From Octopus sinensis (taxonomy: Eukaryota), in assembly GCF_006345805.1 (NCBI RefSeq), contig NC_043001.1, forward strand, positions 65,038,001 to 65,102,000: DNA of 64,000 bases, given 5' to 3'. The notes under the pieces are model-generated. The model was not told the origin of the DNA. It searched no databases and saw only the letters and a list, made by a program, of their open reading frames with translations. The position numbers and the translations under genes were made by a program. Of the stretch, positions 1-13,670 are shown one piece after another (the first letter of the stretch is position 1; each line of letters starts with the position of its first letter).

Positions 1-350
1 GTTAAGGTTTCTAATAGAATCTAAAAGAACTGTGGCTTAAAGATAATGTAGCAGCGCAGAACCTCAAACACTGGAGGTATTTAGATATTGTTCATGATTA
101 ATAACTACTCTGAGTAAAGCTATATGTAAGCCATGTTTAAAAAAGGGACAACCTTGAAAAAATGATTATTTTCAGGGAAGAAATTATTATTTATGATTCA
201 ATAAAATTATGAATATTATAATTGATGTATATGTGTGTAAATCCACTGAAATTCTGAAGTTCACAACTGATTTTCTCCAAACTGGGAACTTGGTTGCTTG
301 TTGGTTCAAGGGACAGGACTCTTGATGATATCTTTTTCTACCACTATATA

Positions 351-1265
351 TTGGGTCATTCCATAAATAATATGTTTTCTTATACTTCTTTTATTTTTCA
401 AAATTATAAGATAAATAAAGTTCCTTTTTAATCTAAAATGTACTCTCCTTAATTTTCTGCAATGTTCTTCCATTTATCTGGTAGACTTGCAAAGCCCCTC
501 TTCCAAAATTCACTTGTCCATGATTAAAAATACTCTTCCAGTACTGTTCTGACCTCATCTACAGAATTCATATTTTTTCTGTCCAAATGATTTTGAAGAG
601 TGCAGAATAAATGATAATCAGAAGGGGCAATGTCCAGCAAATATGGTAGGTGGGGCATTGTTTCCCATTCAAACTGCTCCAACCTTTGGAATGTCATCCT
701 TGCTGTATGTGGCTGAACATTATCCTGATGGAAGAACACCTTTTGTCTTGAAACCAAAAGATGGTCGTTTTCCAATGGCATGCAGGTGTCAATGAATGGT
801 TGAATGACCAAATCCAAGCTTCTCTGCTCGTTCCTCAACAGTTACAATGGAATTTTGTTCCACCAGGGTTTGTTAGGATGTCCTCATCAAGCTCTACAAA
901 TCTTCCAGGACAAGAATCATCTTCTAGGCTTGGAATTTCTGGAACAATCATTGACATTGGCTTACCCTTATTGTCCAATTCCCATATACTGCATTAATAT
1001 TCCTCACACTTTCCATTGCATTGTTGCCTTTATTGAACTCATAGAGCAAAATATGCTGAATATGCTCTTTTGTCACTTCCATTATAGCTTTGAAAAAATA
1101 AGTGTTAAAATTGAACTGCAATCTTCAAAATTTGCACTAAGAATAAGTACAAGGTAAAATTACTACCTGTTTTTATAGTAAGCTGATGCAGATAGTTTAT
1201 CCCATCCCCCTCCAACTTTTAGTGCATGTGATTGAAAAAATTGCATTATTTATGGGATGACCCAA
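351..1265 (-). mobile_element. Internally deleted, decayed mariner (Tc1/mariner, D34D) DNA transposon
   Basis: TIRs TTGGGTCATTCCATAAATAAT (351) / ATTATTTATGGGATGACCCAA (ends 1265), flanked by TA on both sides. Minus-strand ORF 524-838 has HQDNVQPH and PYLLDIAPSDYHLF (= DNA..H and YSPDLAPSD motifs). Confidence 0.9.
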
Positions 1266-1499
1266 TATTATGACTTTTCTCTACTGATCTGTTATGGAGC
1301 TGAATTGATGCTGCTTTCCAGTGATTGATAGTTATCTGAATTTACTGCCAGTCAACAGTTTTTGTAGCAATTACGGAATTCAGATGGTTCTGAGATTTTA
1401 CTACTCTAGCAAAGCTGTTATCAAATTGTATTACAGTAGCCAGTAGTTGTTCATATGTTCTAATGCTAACAAAATGACAGACCTAGGAAACAGAACATT

Positions 1500-1717
1500 T
1501 GTGGTTGCATGGTAAGAAGTTAGCTTCACAACCACATGGTTCCAGGTTTAGTCCCACTGTGTGACACCTTGGGCCGACCAAAGCCTTGTAAGTGGATTTG
1601 GTAGATGGAAACTGAAAGAAGGTCAATGGATGGATGAACGATGGATAGATGGATGGGTGGACAGACAGACAGATGGCCACAGTCAAGTGACTGAAACAAG
1701 TAAAAGATAAAGGATAA
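1500..1717 (+). mobile_element. tRNA-derived SINE, internally deleted copy
   Basis: A/B-box-like head (TGGTTGCATGGTAAG...GGTTTAGTCCC), body GTGGATTTGGTAGATGGAAACTGAAAGAAG and tail GACTGAAACAAGTAAAAG, all shared with the copy at 20720-21120. Confidence 0.75.
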
Positions 1718-2181
1718 AATATATACTCTCCAATACTGAAAAATTGTACAAAATATACCAGAATCAGCAATAAAACAAACATGCAAATTGACTAAATATT
1801 ATTTCTCATATAGATATGTCCAACTATGAAGAAAGTTTTAAATCCTTTCATTAGGCAGGCTTTTGATCTCTGCCTCACAAGGCATTAAAACTTCAGCACT
1901 TCAGAAGAAAAAGAGGAATTCTGGTTTAAGCACCCCATATAACCCCTCATATTTTTTTTATTTTTTGGAATTTTCAGAAAATTTTTGTGAATTTGTGTTC
2001 TACACATGGGAATTCATATGATTATGGAAGGAAAAAAATTTTTAACCCCATAAATCCTAAAAGTTCCACTTTTTTTCTAATGTTTTCTGAATTCAGAGTT
2101 TGAAATACAGACTGCCCTTGAGTGCATCATCATTCCATTAAATGTGTTTATAAGGAGAAAAAAATATTGAAAAGCATAGAC

Positions 2182-4867
2182 CAGTGGTTCCCAAACTTTT
2201 TAGAGTCACGACCCACTATTTATCACACCAGTTTATGACGACCCACTTTACTCTACTCTACTTAACAAATTTATTTCAGATTACCTCTTCAGTGAGGCCT
2301 GTGAGAAGGATGAGCCTGTTTCTTGCTACGCTCAATAATAGAATTAACATTAGGTTCAATGCGTGATAGTTTCAGGCATAAAGAATTTGAGAGCTGCAGT
2401 TTATTTCGATATTTGCTTTTAATCCCAACCATTGCTGAAAATCCAGCTTCACAAATATAAGATGATGTGAAAGGGAGAAGTACTTTTAATGCTTCGGTGG
2501 AAATGATTGGGTACGAGGTTTGAAGAGACGCCCAGAACTGTACCAATTTTCAGGTGTTAAATCGATAAGTTCCTCATCGGCTTTTGTTGATATTCCAGTC
2601 GTCACGTCAGGCTGAAAGGGGTTCATAATCCATCTTTTCTGTTGCATAGTATTCATCTCTTTATGAAAATAAAATTCAAAACTTTCATTTAACTTATTCA
2701 AGTGTTCAGATATCTCAATGATTATACCATCATCAACTTTTGCTTTATTCTCCATTACAAAAGTTTCAAAACAGTCATAATTTCGGTTGTTAATACGATT
2801 TTTCCACAAGACAAGTTTTTTCATAAAACCTCGAATTTTCTCATGAATTGCAAATATACTGATACCTTCTGTTCCTTGTAAATACAAATTCAGGTCGTTT
2901 AATTTCGAAAAAATATCTGCTAAATACGTAAGCCTCAGAACAAATTCTTCATCGCGCAAATATTTTGCAAAATCGCTTTTATCTTCTAAAAATATAGCTA
3001 CTTCTTCGCAGAGTTCTGCAAGTCTTGTTAACACTTTTCCCCTAGAGAGCCATTGTATTTCTGTGTGCAAAAGAAGTGATTTATGATCGCTTCCCATCTC
3101 TTCGCACAACTTCTGAAATAGGCGTGATTGCAAAGGCTTTGACTTAATAAAGTTCACTATTTTGACTGAATTATTCAAAACATTTTCAAAATTATCAGTT
3201 TTGAAACTAACGCTGCCCTGTGAAGGTTACAGTGAGTCCATGATGCATTGGGATTAAGTTCAAGTATTCTGGTCACCATACCACTATTTCTACCGCACAT
3301 AGCCTGTGCGCCGTCTGTACATATTCCGACACATTTATGCCAATCAAGATTTTTTTGCTCTTATATAAGTATTAACTGTATTAAAATTTCATCGTTGGTA
3401 CTTCGACTGACAGGTTCACCGAACCACATATCTTCATGAGGTACAAAGTTCCATTTGTAATGTACAAAAACAAGTAGCTGGCACAAACCTTGTACATCAG
3501 TAGATTCATCAAGTTGTAAAGAAAAAAAAAGACTTCCACGAATCTGTTCAATAACTCGATTTTCTACCCATTGAGACATTTCATCAATTCTATGCGTGAC
3601 TGTGTTATTAGAAATAGGAATTGATTCAATTTCTTGTTCACTCTTATCACCAAAGAAAACTTTAACTGTATCTTTTATAGCTGGAAGAACTAGTCTCCCC
3701 AATTTTGTGTGGCTTACCAGTTTTTGCGATTCTTAAACTGATCAAGTAAGACACATACAGAGATTTTTCATTTACTTTGGTGTAGTGTTGCATAATGCTC
3801 TATCCTATCTTTAACTTGGTTAACATTCGCTCAAAAAAATCGAGAGGCTTGTCTTTTAACTCAGAGTGCTTAGTCTCAAGATGACGACGCAATTTGTTTG
3901 GACGCATGCTCTCGTTTGCAAGTTGTTCATAACAAATGATGCATCGTGGTTGTGGATCTTCTTCAACTCCATTCCATGTAAATCCCATTTTTAAGTACTC
4001 GTAATCATACTTTCTTAATACTTTTCTTCGCTTTGACTGGCTTAGTTTTGATTGGTCTTTTCTTCGTTTCGATCCACTGAAGACTCTTCGTCATCAGCTT
4101 CAACTGACTTTTTTAACCATTTATCCATAATATGAAGGACTGAGTAAATACGAAAAAATCGAATTTAGAAAGACAGATAATTTCGATTTACCGAGAGATT
4201 TGACAGAATTAAAATACAATGTTTGGGATCATGCGAACTTCTACAATTAATGATAAACGTCATTTCAGTTGATGTGATGCTATTTAAACCGTTTATCTGA
4301 TAGACTCTATTGATCTATCTACCGTCTAGCTGCTGTCTATTCCAATCATTTCTTTGGCTAATTGATAGCCCCCTGGTGATCACTCCCATACTTTTTAAAT
4401 AATTTATAAACTTACTAGTGAAATCCATAATGTCTTATTTATTAAAATTTTTTGCTATTTATATTAAATGTGATACAAAACGTTTTATAACTGTTTCAAT
4501 GTCTCTATCCCCTATGTGTAAATACTAACACTAATACAAAACCTTGAAGTAGTAACTATTATCGGCTCGATCAGTGTTATACTTCGCCTTGTTAAAGTTC
4601 TCAATAAATAGGTAAAAACAGACCTTTCCTTTTTACGATTACGTACGAATAAATAACTTGAGAAAATGACAACCTCTGATTTGTTAAGTTCATGAAAAGG
4701 CTTTCTGCTTGATAAAGCAAGTCTGGTATTGAAAACATAAGTCTTGAACTATCTCGATAGACAGTAGTTAATCAAAGCTAATGCGTAATTTTATAACTTT
4801 TTGCCACCTACTAAGATTCCGTTCGCGACCCACAGATGGGTCGTGACTCATAGTTTGGGAACCACTG
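2182..4867 (-). mobile_element. Full-length hAT (Buster-type) DNA transposon with a disrupted ZBED5/ZBED8/SCAND3-like transposase
   Basis: 16-bp TIR CAGTGGTTCCCAAACT / AGTTTGGGAACCACTG and perfect 8-bp TSD GCATAGAC (2174-2181, 4868-4875; NNNTANNN). Minus-strand fragments: BED finger PRCIICYEQLANESMRPNKLRRHLETKH, SLQLDESTD, LLHTEIQWLSRGKVL, and dimerisation domain LLPFTSSYICEAGFS. Confidence 0.95.
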
Positions 4868-5059
4868 GCATAGACACATATCAGAAAGAAATGAGTATAG
4901 CTTTGTTAAGCTACACACAAATAAACTCACAGAGACGAGAATGTATTAGTGAAAGATCTATTCCCGTAAGTACATCAGGGTGACAGCCACCAGTTACTTC
5001 TGCCTCTTTGAAGCCCTCTCGACTGAAAGTCTACTTCACTGCAGACCAGATCCCTAGCT

Positions 5060-7760
5060 AGCCTGCAGCAAAGTTCCTGTCTGCAGATTGTCTGTCATAA
5101 ACCCTGCTCTACATAGCTTCCCCTCCCCCCAGAACTGTTGACTGTCATTGGAACCAGGAAGGTGTTTTAATTGGAGAGTGGACCAGAACTCGCATCCCCT
5201 GTCAACAAGCCAAGGTTCATCAGCACACCAAAGCACCCCTTGGCAGCTATGAATCACCACAAGCTCATTTCAGCTGCTGAGATTTTCTTTTGAGGTGGTG
5301 TGGTTTCCCAGCATCACCATGCAACTGGGCCTGTTAAGTCTGGTTGTCAGGGATTCCTTCAGGTGGCAATGTGGATGATAGGCTGTTGTGTGGTTCATTG
5401 TGATTCCTAAATGGTCACACATCTTCCACAGCTTTGAGGTGAATTGTGGACCCCGATTAGATGAGAGGCTGCCTGAGACACCAAAACGGGTGACTCAGTT
5501 TGCAATGAAGGCTCGGTTGCAGAGAGGGATAGCCACAGGCCAATGAGTGTAGCGGTCTACCAAGGTCAGTAGGTACAAGCAACCTTGTGATGGTTGACAA
5601 GGGACTGACAAGATTGATATTGACGTGGCTGAAACAGGCCTGTGGTGGTTCATAGTTGCCAAGGGGTGCTTTGGTGTGCTGGTGAACCTTGGCTTGTTGA
5701 CAGGGGATGCGAATTTTGGTCCACTTTCCAATTTGCTTGGCCTTACCATTCCAGATAAATCTGCTTGTCAGCAGGTGTTGTGTGGTTGTAGTACCTGGGT
5801 GGGACAGTCTGTGAATGACATCGAAAACGTTCCTGCACTAGGCTGATGGGACAATCGGTTGTGGCTTCACACAGTAGGGTTGTGCCGTTGGAGCCAATGT
5901 GCACATTCTGCAAGGAAAATTATGTGATGGCAGTGTTGTAGGGCCTGATCTCATCTGTCTGTTGGGCTGTAGCCATAGCCATGTAATCCAGGCCTTCTGT
6001 TATTGGAGCTACGTAGGTGTGAGAACATGTAGAAGCACTAGAGAGTGCATTGGTGACTTGGTTGTCCTTTCCAGCTATATCTTGGATGTCTGTAGTGTAC
6101 TCAGAAATGGCCGATAGCTGTTATTGCTGGCATGCAAACCAAAGCTCTGAGAGCTTGCTCATAGCAAAGGGGAGTGGTTTGTGGTTTGTGAACACTGTAA
6201 CCGTGCAGCCTTCAAGGAAATAACGAAAGTGGCAGACACTTAGATGGACAACCAGTAGTTCCCTGTCAAAAGCACTGTATTTCTGTTCAGGGGGTCATAT
6301 TTGTCGACTGAAGGTGATTGGTCACCACTGACTGTTGATGTGTTGTTCCAAAATACCCCCAAAGGCTGTGTCGGGTGTGTCAACTGTAAGTGCAGTCCAT
6401 GCTGACATATGAAGATGGGACAACATGGTTGCTTTAGCCAGAGCCTGTTTTGTGGATTTGAAGGCTGAGATCATTGCACCATCCCACTTCACCTGTTTTT
6501 TTTAACCATCTTTTGACAGTGCCTTGTATAGGAGTCTCATCACTCTTGCTACAAAACGGATGGAAAAAATGATAAAAGTTTACCAAGCTCAGAAATTAGC
6601 ATAGAGCCTTGCTTGTGGTGGGGTGTGGAAAAGATATGATAGCTTTCACTTTTTCTGGTAGGGGTTTAGCATCTGCACCTGTGATTCGATGTCCCAAGAA
6701 GTTAATTTCTGTAACACCAAAAACATATTTGGCAGGGTTGATTACTAGGCTATACTGTTCCAGTCTATCAAAAAAGAGCCACTAGGTGCTTCTTGTGTAG
6801 CTCTGCATTTTGGCTTGTGATAAGGATATCATCTAAATATGCAAAGACAAAATCAAGACCTCTGCATACTGTGTCCATCAAGCAGAAGGATTGTGCTATG
6901 TTTTTCAGGCTAAAGAGTGTACGTAGGAATTCATACAGACCAAAAGGAATGATCATGGTGGTTTTCAGTACATCATCATCTTGCCCTGGTATTTGGTGGT
7001 AACCTCGGATGAGGTCGACCTTCAGGAAAACCAAGCACCCTGCAAGTTGGGCTGAGAAATCCTGTATGTGTGGAATAGGGTGCAGTCTGATGTTGTATCA
7101 GCATTGAGATGGTGGTAATCCCTGTGGGATTGATAACCTCCATTGGGTTTGGGGGACACATGCAGGGATGACAACCAGGGACTGCTTGATCGACGTACTA
7201 TGCCCAACAGCTCCATATTGTCAAACTTGGCATTTGCGATAGCAAGTTTGTCTAGTGATAGATAATGTGCACAGCTGTGCACTGGGAGAGGCTGGTGGTG
7301 GGGATGTAGTGTGTCACTCCATGGTGTGTTGCAGGAATGGAGAATGTTGGGGTAGTGAGATTGGAGTGATTCACAAGGAGGTTTGAGAATTCATTCTTGG
7401 TCTGAGAGATGGTTGCTCTGTGGGGGCGGGGTGCAGATGCTGCCAGAGACACAGAAGTGTATGTGTTGCTGTTGATGAGTTATCTACCCTGCAAATCAAC
7501 CAGTAGCAAGTGTGCTTGAAGAAAGTCTCCCCTGATAATGGCTGATGGACATCAGTGATGGTGAATGCCCATGTGTATTTTTGTGAGCCAATGTTGAAAG
7601 AAAGGATGTGGTGACTGTACACCTTGATTGTGGACTTGTTGCAGCTGTTAAAGGGTGGCCTCACTTTCCATAATGGAGGTCCCTTGCCAATGCTGGGATC
7701 ACACTGACTTCTGCTCCTGTGTCAGTTAGGAACCTACATCTAAGGCCATTTACTTGATGG
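5060..7760 (-). mobile_element. Decayed Ty3/Gypsy LTR retrotransposon pol (PR-RT-RNaseH-IN)
   Basis: Minus strand, in order: protease DTGAEVSVIP (~7700), RT KVDLIRGYHQIP...FAYLDDILI (6768-7034), RNase H KYSAFDRELL (~6270), integrase YLLTLVDRYTHWP (5495-5749). Many stops and frameshifts; no LTR pair seen. Confidence 0.85.
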
Positions 7761-8560
7761 GAGTAGAGTCCTGTGTGTTTTCCTGTTCACTAGAACTTTG
7801 GTCTTTGCTAAGTTAAACTATAAAGGCCTTTGATTCCAAGTTTGATGCTTGTCTTTTCACTTTTGTAACTTTGACTACCTCACAGTTTCACCACCAAGTT
7901 ACTCTCAGTCTGGCTAGCACCAGTCACAGATTTGTTCTTCAGCCCTTAGTATGTTGTCCCAGAGGAATGTCCAGTTCTTTCTTTACCAAAGTGGATTGTT
8001 TCACTGAGTCCTCCTTGCTCTAATTCCATTCTTTTGTGAAATTACTCTCTTTTTCCTTCATATCAACTGTGTATTTTCTTTCATACTCACTCATGTATGA
8101 GAATATGTGTTGGCAACTCAACACTATCTTTATCTTATTTTCCAGCTACTCCCACTTATTTTATATTATGTGGGGTAGCCATGTATCTCCTCTATAGTAA
8201 AACACATGGTTTTGTCTCTCATACTTTAGTCTTTTAAAACCTGGCATAAAGCCATCTTCCTTCCTCTCAGATACATCCCCACTCAGTTTTCTTTTCTTGT
8301 CTTGCAACTAGTACCAGTATCATGAAGAAAGTACCCAGTAGACACTGTAAGTTGTTCATATAAGGAAGGAGATTCAGTTCTAGAAATCATGCCAAAACAG
8401 CCATTGGAGCTTGTCAGATCCTCTCAAACTGTCCTACTCATAACGTCATGGAAAACTGATGTTAAATGATGATAATTATGATGATGATGATGATATCTAT
8501 CTGTCTATCTACCTATCAATAGATAGATAGATTTCTGTAAAGTTATGAATAGTTTGACAG

Positions 8561-8769
8561 TTAATTATTATGATGCAATAATTTCTGTTACAGTCATTAA
8601 AGTTAGAAGCGATATCGATGTAAATTCATTTGAATTCAAACATGGCATGGAAGAACGTTTAGCCAGAAGTTATGTTGAAGCATACAAAAGAGGTGAACAC
8701 ATCCTGAATGGAACTTACCGTCCTCTTCGGAAAAAACGTTTTGCTGTTGTAAAAGACATTGCTTTACAG
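8561..8769 (+). CDS. KIAA1549-like: Internal exon (first in window) of a UPF0606/DUF3827 KIAA1549-like membrane protein
   Basis: Acceptor ttgacag, donor CAG|gtgaat, phase 1 to 0. NYYDAIISVTVIKV...GMEERLARSYVEAYKRGEHILNGTYRPLRKKRFAVVKDIALQ resembles my recollection of the KIAA1549 MERKLAQLLSE...RRRMWRRATV...VQ segment. Confidence 0.8.
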
Positions 8770-9279
8770 GTGAATTCTGTTCAATTAATTGTTTTAATCT
8801 ACTGTACTAATTAATCTGTTTTACTATATAGTTTCTTTTTATCTTATAGTTTCTTTTTATCATGATATTTTAAAAATTTCAGTAATTTTATGGATAGTAA
8901 ATTCCATTAATTTCTGACACGATTAAAGAATTTCCTGTTCCCTGTGTTGTACTTACTTGTTTGTTCCTTCTATTTCATACAACTGGTCGAGAGGAAGAGA
9001 AGCTGATAGAAGAGGGCTAGAGTAATAGAAGCAAGAGGATGATGGAAGACAGAGTAATGGAAGAGAGCCAGAGTGAGAGTGTGATACATGAGAGAGTAGT
9101 TGAGAGAAAGAGAGGGGTAGACAGGTACATCATACTTGTTAGTGAGGATATTGAATACAAGTAATATGACTGAGAGGATGATAGAAGAGAGAGTAATGGA
9201 AGAGAAGCAGAGTAATAGGAAAGTAGCAGGAGGCTATGGTAACAATGATAGAAAAGAGAGAAAGAAGATATAGCATGTC

Positions 9280-10080
9280 TATGGGCCTGTCTGTAAATGA
9301 TTTAATCGCAATCAGTCAAGAGGCTTTTCTCTGAGATTTGGTCCTAGCTATATTAAGGATGTTTTTTCTCCAAGAAGATCTTTAGTGATAGTGACGAACA
9401 GCATTTGGAGTGACTATGAGGTATCTAACTAGGTGATCACATGTTTAGGTAGGGTAGGTGTAGTGGTCTTTTCTTGATATGAGTAGTGTTTGAGTACTTT
9501 TGCTCTTAAAAGTTAGTAAAGCTTGACTGGAAGATATGTCTAGAAATGGAATCAATGCCAGTTTGGTATGTAGCATATTAATTGCTTTTGGATGTTACAT
9601 GGTCAGGAAAATGAGGAAGGAATGAAGAGTTGTGTCATCTGCATTTGAACAGACATTGTTGGATGTGGTGGAAAATAGATCACTGATATATTAAAGGAAG
9701 AGAACAGAGGACAAAACTAAGCCCTGGGAAACACCAGAGTTGATTGAGAGTGGAGCAGAGAAAACTCTATTTAAACATGACATGAGAGTGATTTAGTAGG
9801 ATGCTGCCAGTCTAAGAAATGAGGGTTGGATGGAGTTTGTATTTTAGCAGTTTTGCCAGGAGATTGCTTGTCAGAAACGGTCTTCTAAAGCAAGAGCCCC
9901 CTGGTGAGTGACATAAGAAAGTAGGTCTCCAGTGGATCTGGCTCTGTGGAAGCTGTACTTGGGTCACTGAGGAGAGAGAGGTCCAAATTGTTGGAGATTG
10001 TCATTGTTAACGGCTGTCTCTGTTACCTTGGATATGTTAGAGGTGAGAGCAATAGTGTAGTATAATGTTTTACATTCCAT
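9280..10080 (-). mobile_element. Highly decayed L2/CR1-like LINE RT fragment
   Basis: Minus strand reads INSGVSQGLVLSSVLF (~9700-9745) and SNADDTTL (~9625-9650); many stops. Confidence 0.45.
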
Positions 10081-10902
10081 AAGTTGATGTTTTTTAGCTC
10101 AGATCAAACCTAATCCAGTAGACCTATGGTCAAAGAGACTCCAGCTATGATCATTCCATTTTTCTTGCTGTCATAGTATACCTAGAATCACATGATTCCA
10201 TGTCTCTTTCCGTTTTAAGACAGTATGATGAAGTATGAAAGATATTTTGGTTGTTATTTCTAGCAGGTTTTGTGTGACCCCTAAAGAAGCTCCCTAATTA
10301 ATTTAACATTTGTGTTTACGGTAGTATATTCTGTCAAATAAACTATGTTAACCAGATTCTTTGAAAAATTTTGGTGCTTGCTCTTTCAAAATAAATTATT
10401 GGAAATTTAATTAGTTGGAGATATTAATGAAGAATTAACTTTATAATTATATCTCATGGTTATGTTTGAAGACTGAATCAAAGAAACCTTTAAGTTTTTG
10501 ATGAGTTTTGGAAATTAACAAACATCTAGTCTTAGTTTGAGTGGAACAGAAATTAGAAAATGTTTTGGTCTGAATATCAGAAACTGGCGAGAAAATGGAG
10601 TTGGGAGTCTGAGAGCTGTTACACAACTCCAGCTCCATAAAGAATATGAGTTGCTTGATCTGTTAGAAATAGTGACTAATTCTCTTTTATATCACACCAT
10701 ACCATTTTAAAGGAAAAGATAAGACAATTAAAAGATGTTTAGAATTGGAATACCTTTGATCATAGGGAACAACAGTAAACTAGCTCAGAATCTGAAGTGA
10801 ACACCCCCCCCTGCCACACACATACAACATACCGTGATATACAAGAGACAAGACATTTGAAGATTACAACGCCAATGTAAACCAATGTGTGATGTCTTTC
10901 AG

Positions 10903-11077
10903 ATAATGAAAATTGTGCACTTTAATCACGGAACCTCCCAAAATGTAAGTTTGGTGTATTATATGGAGAAAAATGGCAGACCAGTTCCAGCTAAGGATGC
11001 CATAAAACACATGAATCTTATTCAACTTCAAGAACTTGCTATTTATCTCAATCACGTTGTTGTTCTTAGAGCAGAAG
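10903..11077 (+). CDS. KIAA1549-like: Exon 2 in window, KIAA1549-like (SEA-like module C-terminus)
   Basis: Acceptor gtctttcag, donor G|gtaagt, phase 0 to 1. IMKIVHFNHGTSQNVSLVYYMEKNGRPVPAKDAIKHMNLIQLQELAIYLNHVVVLRAE parallels VQLIYFVED...SSDLINKMDLQRAAIILGY. Confidence 0.85.
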
Positions 11078-11689
11078 GTAAGTCAGTTTGAAGTTTGGTT
11101 TGATCAATTTTTTAAAAGATTTTCATATAGAAAATATTCAGTTTATAAGTAATACATGACTACATTAAGTTGTCCATAAAAAGTTTTCCCACCTCAATAT
11201 TTGAAATAGCAGGTAAAAATTTTAATGATACAATAAGCACCTATGATGTGAAGAAATTAACCCATTATCCAGTTTATCATCACCAGGTTCTAAGGTGCTT
11301 TTAACAGATGTTAAATGTTGCAAGCATTTGTGTTGGGTCTTCTGTTTGAAGATACTGTCCTTCCACCCTTCTATTTAACTGGGATGTCCTATAAAGGGCC
11401 ACGGTATGGCCTTTTCTACTAAAAGATATAGGGATTAGAAAACTAGGCTTAATTACTCAGAGTTACCATCTGCAGTAATAAATAATAGTTAAGTCAGTGT
11501 GGACATTAATACAAAGAACATCAACACTTTAATTTGTGGTAGACAAAAAAACAATGAGAAGGAGGAGGAGGAAGTGAAAGGACAGCAAAAGGATTAAAGA
11601 AATGAAGAAGTCTGTGTGTATATCTACATGTGTATGTGTGTATATATATATATATATATAGGGAAAATAATCTTATTCAAAAATACAGA

Positions 11690-12428
11690 CCACAACTAAA
11701 CATACTCTAACATACCCCCCAGGTACACATCCAAAACAAACACGCACAGAAACACATACAGATATACAAAATCACACACACACAAAAACAATGCCAACTT
11801 CAGACGCAAATACACTTGCACAAACACAATATCCTCCCACTAGAACACAAACCCTCACACATCCCAGAAAAAAACACATACACATATACACTTGCAATAA
11901 GATTTTAGCATCCATAACCAACACTTTTACACATATATACACATGTGAACACGGATATGCACACACCTACACACACCACCCCGAAATTACAAATCACATC
12001 CACACAACCACAACCACACACACACACACACACACACAATACGCCCGCACCCCAGTAGTAATATCACACACAGACACTCACATTCAAAAGGAAAAAGACA
12101 CACATACACGCACATTACAACCACAACAAACATTCACAAACATACATACACACAAGCATGCACACACACAATGACAAATACAAGACGCATAAACACACCC
12201 ACACACAAACACATACTCAATACCAACACACATAAAACGCAAATACCAATCACGCACATACATACACACACACACACAACACCAAGACAATCACACACAC
12301 GGTTGACAAACGGGCACGCATATACACACACCATCCTACCAAATTTTAAAAACACACACAGACACATCTATTTACACCACAATGGACCCTGGGACCAATC
12401 AAAAATGGCCCACACACACAAACACATG

Positions 12429-12460
<32 letters not shown>

Positions 12461-12900
12461 CACACCATTCTGACCCGCATACAGATGCACATATATACAC
12501 ACACATGCGCACACACAGCACCATGACAAATACTAATCCCGCACATACATACACACACAAACACATGTATATGTATATACACACACACAAAGACACACAC
12601 ACTCGCACCATACATACGCACACACACAAACATACTCAATACAAACACACACAAAATGCATAAACACACACTCACACCACCCAGACAAACCTAACACACA
12701 TGGACACACATACGAACAAACACATACACACACTAGCGCACACACAACACACTAACACACATTAACCACACACATACACACACACACAAACAGGCACACA
12801 TATACACACACCATCCTACTAAATTTTAAAAACACGCATCTATTTACACCACAATGGACCCTGGGACCAATCAAAAACAGCCCACACACACAAACACATG

Positions 12901-12937
<37 letters not shown>

Positions 12938-13670
12938 TCACACCATTTTGACCCCCATACAGATGCACATATACACACACGTGCGCACACACAGCACCAT
13001 GACAAATACCAATCATGCACATACATACACACACACACAAACACATGTATATGTATATACACACACACATAGACACACACACTCGCACCATATATATGCA
13101 CACACGCAAACACATACTCAATACCAGCACACACAAAACGCATATACACACACACACACACACCGCACAAATACACCCAACAGACATGGACACACATATG
13201 AACACATACACACACTAGTGCACATGCAACACACTAACAAACATTAACCACACACATACACACACACACACAAACGGGCACACATATACACACACCATCC
13301 TACCAAATTTTAAAAACACACATCTATTTACACCACAATGGACCCTGGGACCAGTCAAAAACAGCCCCCACACACACAAACACATGTATATATATATATA
13401 CACACACACACACAAAGACACACACATTCACACCATTCTGACCATACAGACACAGATATACACACACATGCACACACACAACACCATGACAAATACCAAT
13501 CACACACATACATACACATACACAACACCAAGACAATCACACACACGGTTGAAAATTGGGCACACATATACACACACCATCCTACCAAATTTTACAAACA
13601 CACACAGACACATCTAGTCACACCACATATGTATATATACACACACACACTCGCACCATTCTGACCTCTA
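11690..13670. repeat. CA/TA-rich satellite with a higher-order unit of about 470-485 bp
   Basis: Anchor ATGGACCCTGGGACCA at 12382, 12854 and 13338; CATCCTAC(C/T)AAATTTT recurs four times. The many His/Thr and Val/Cys ORFs here are repeat artefacts. Confidence 0.9.
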
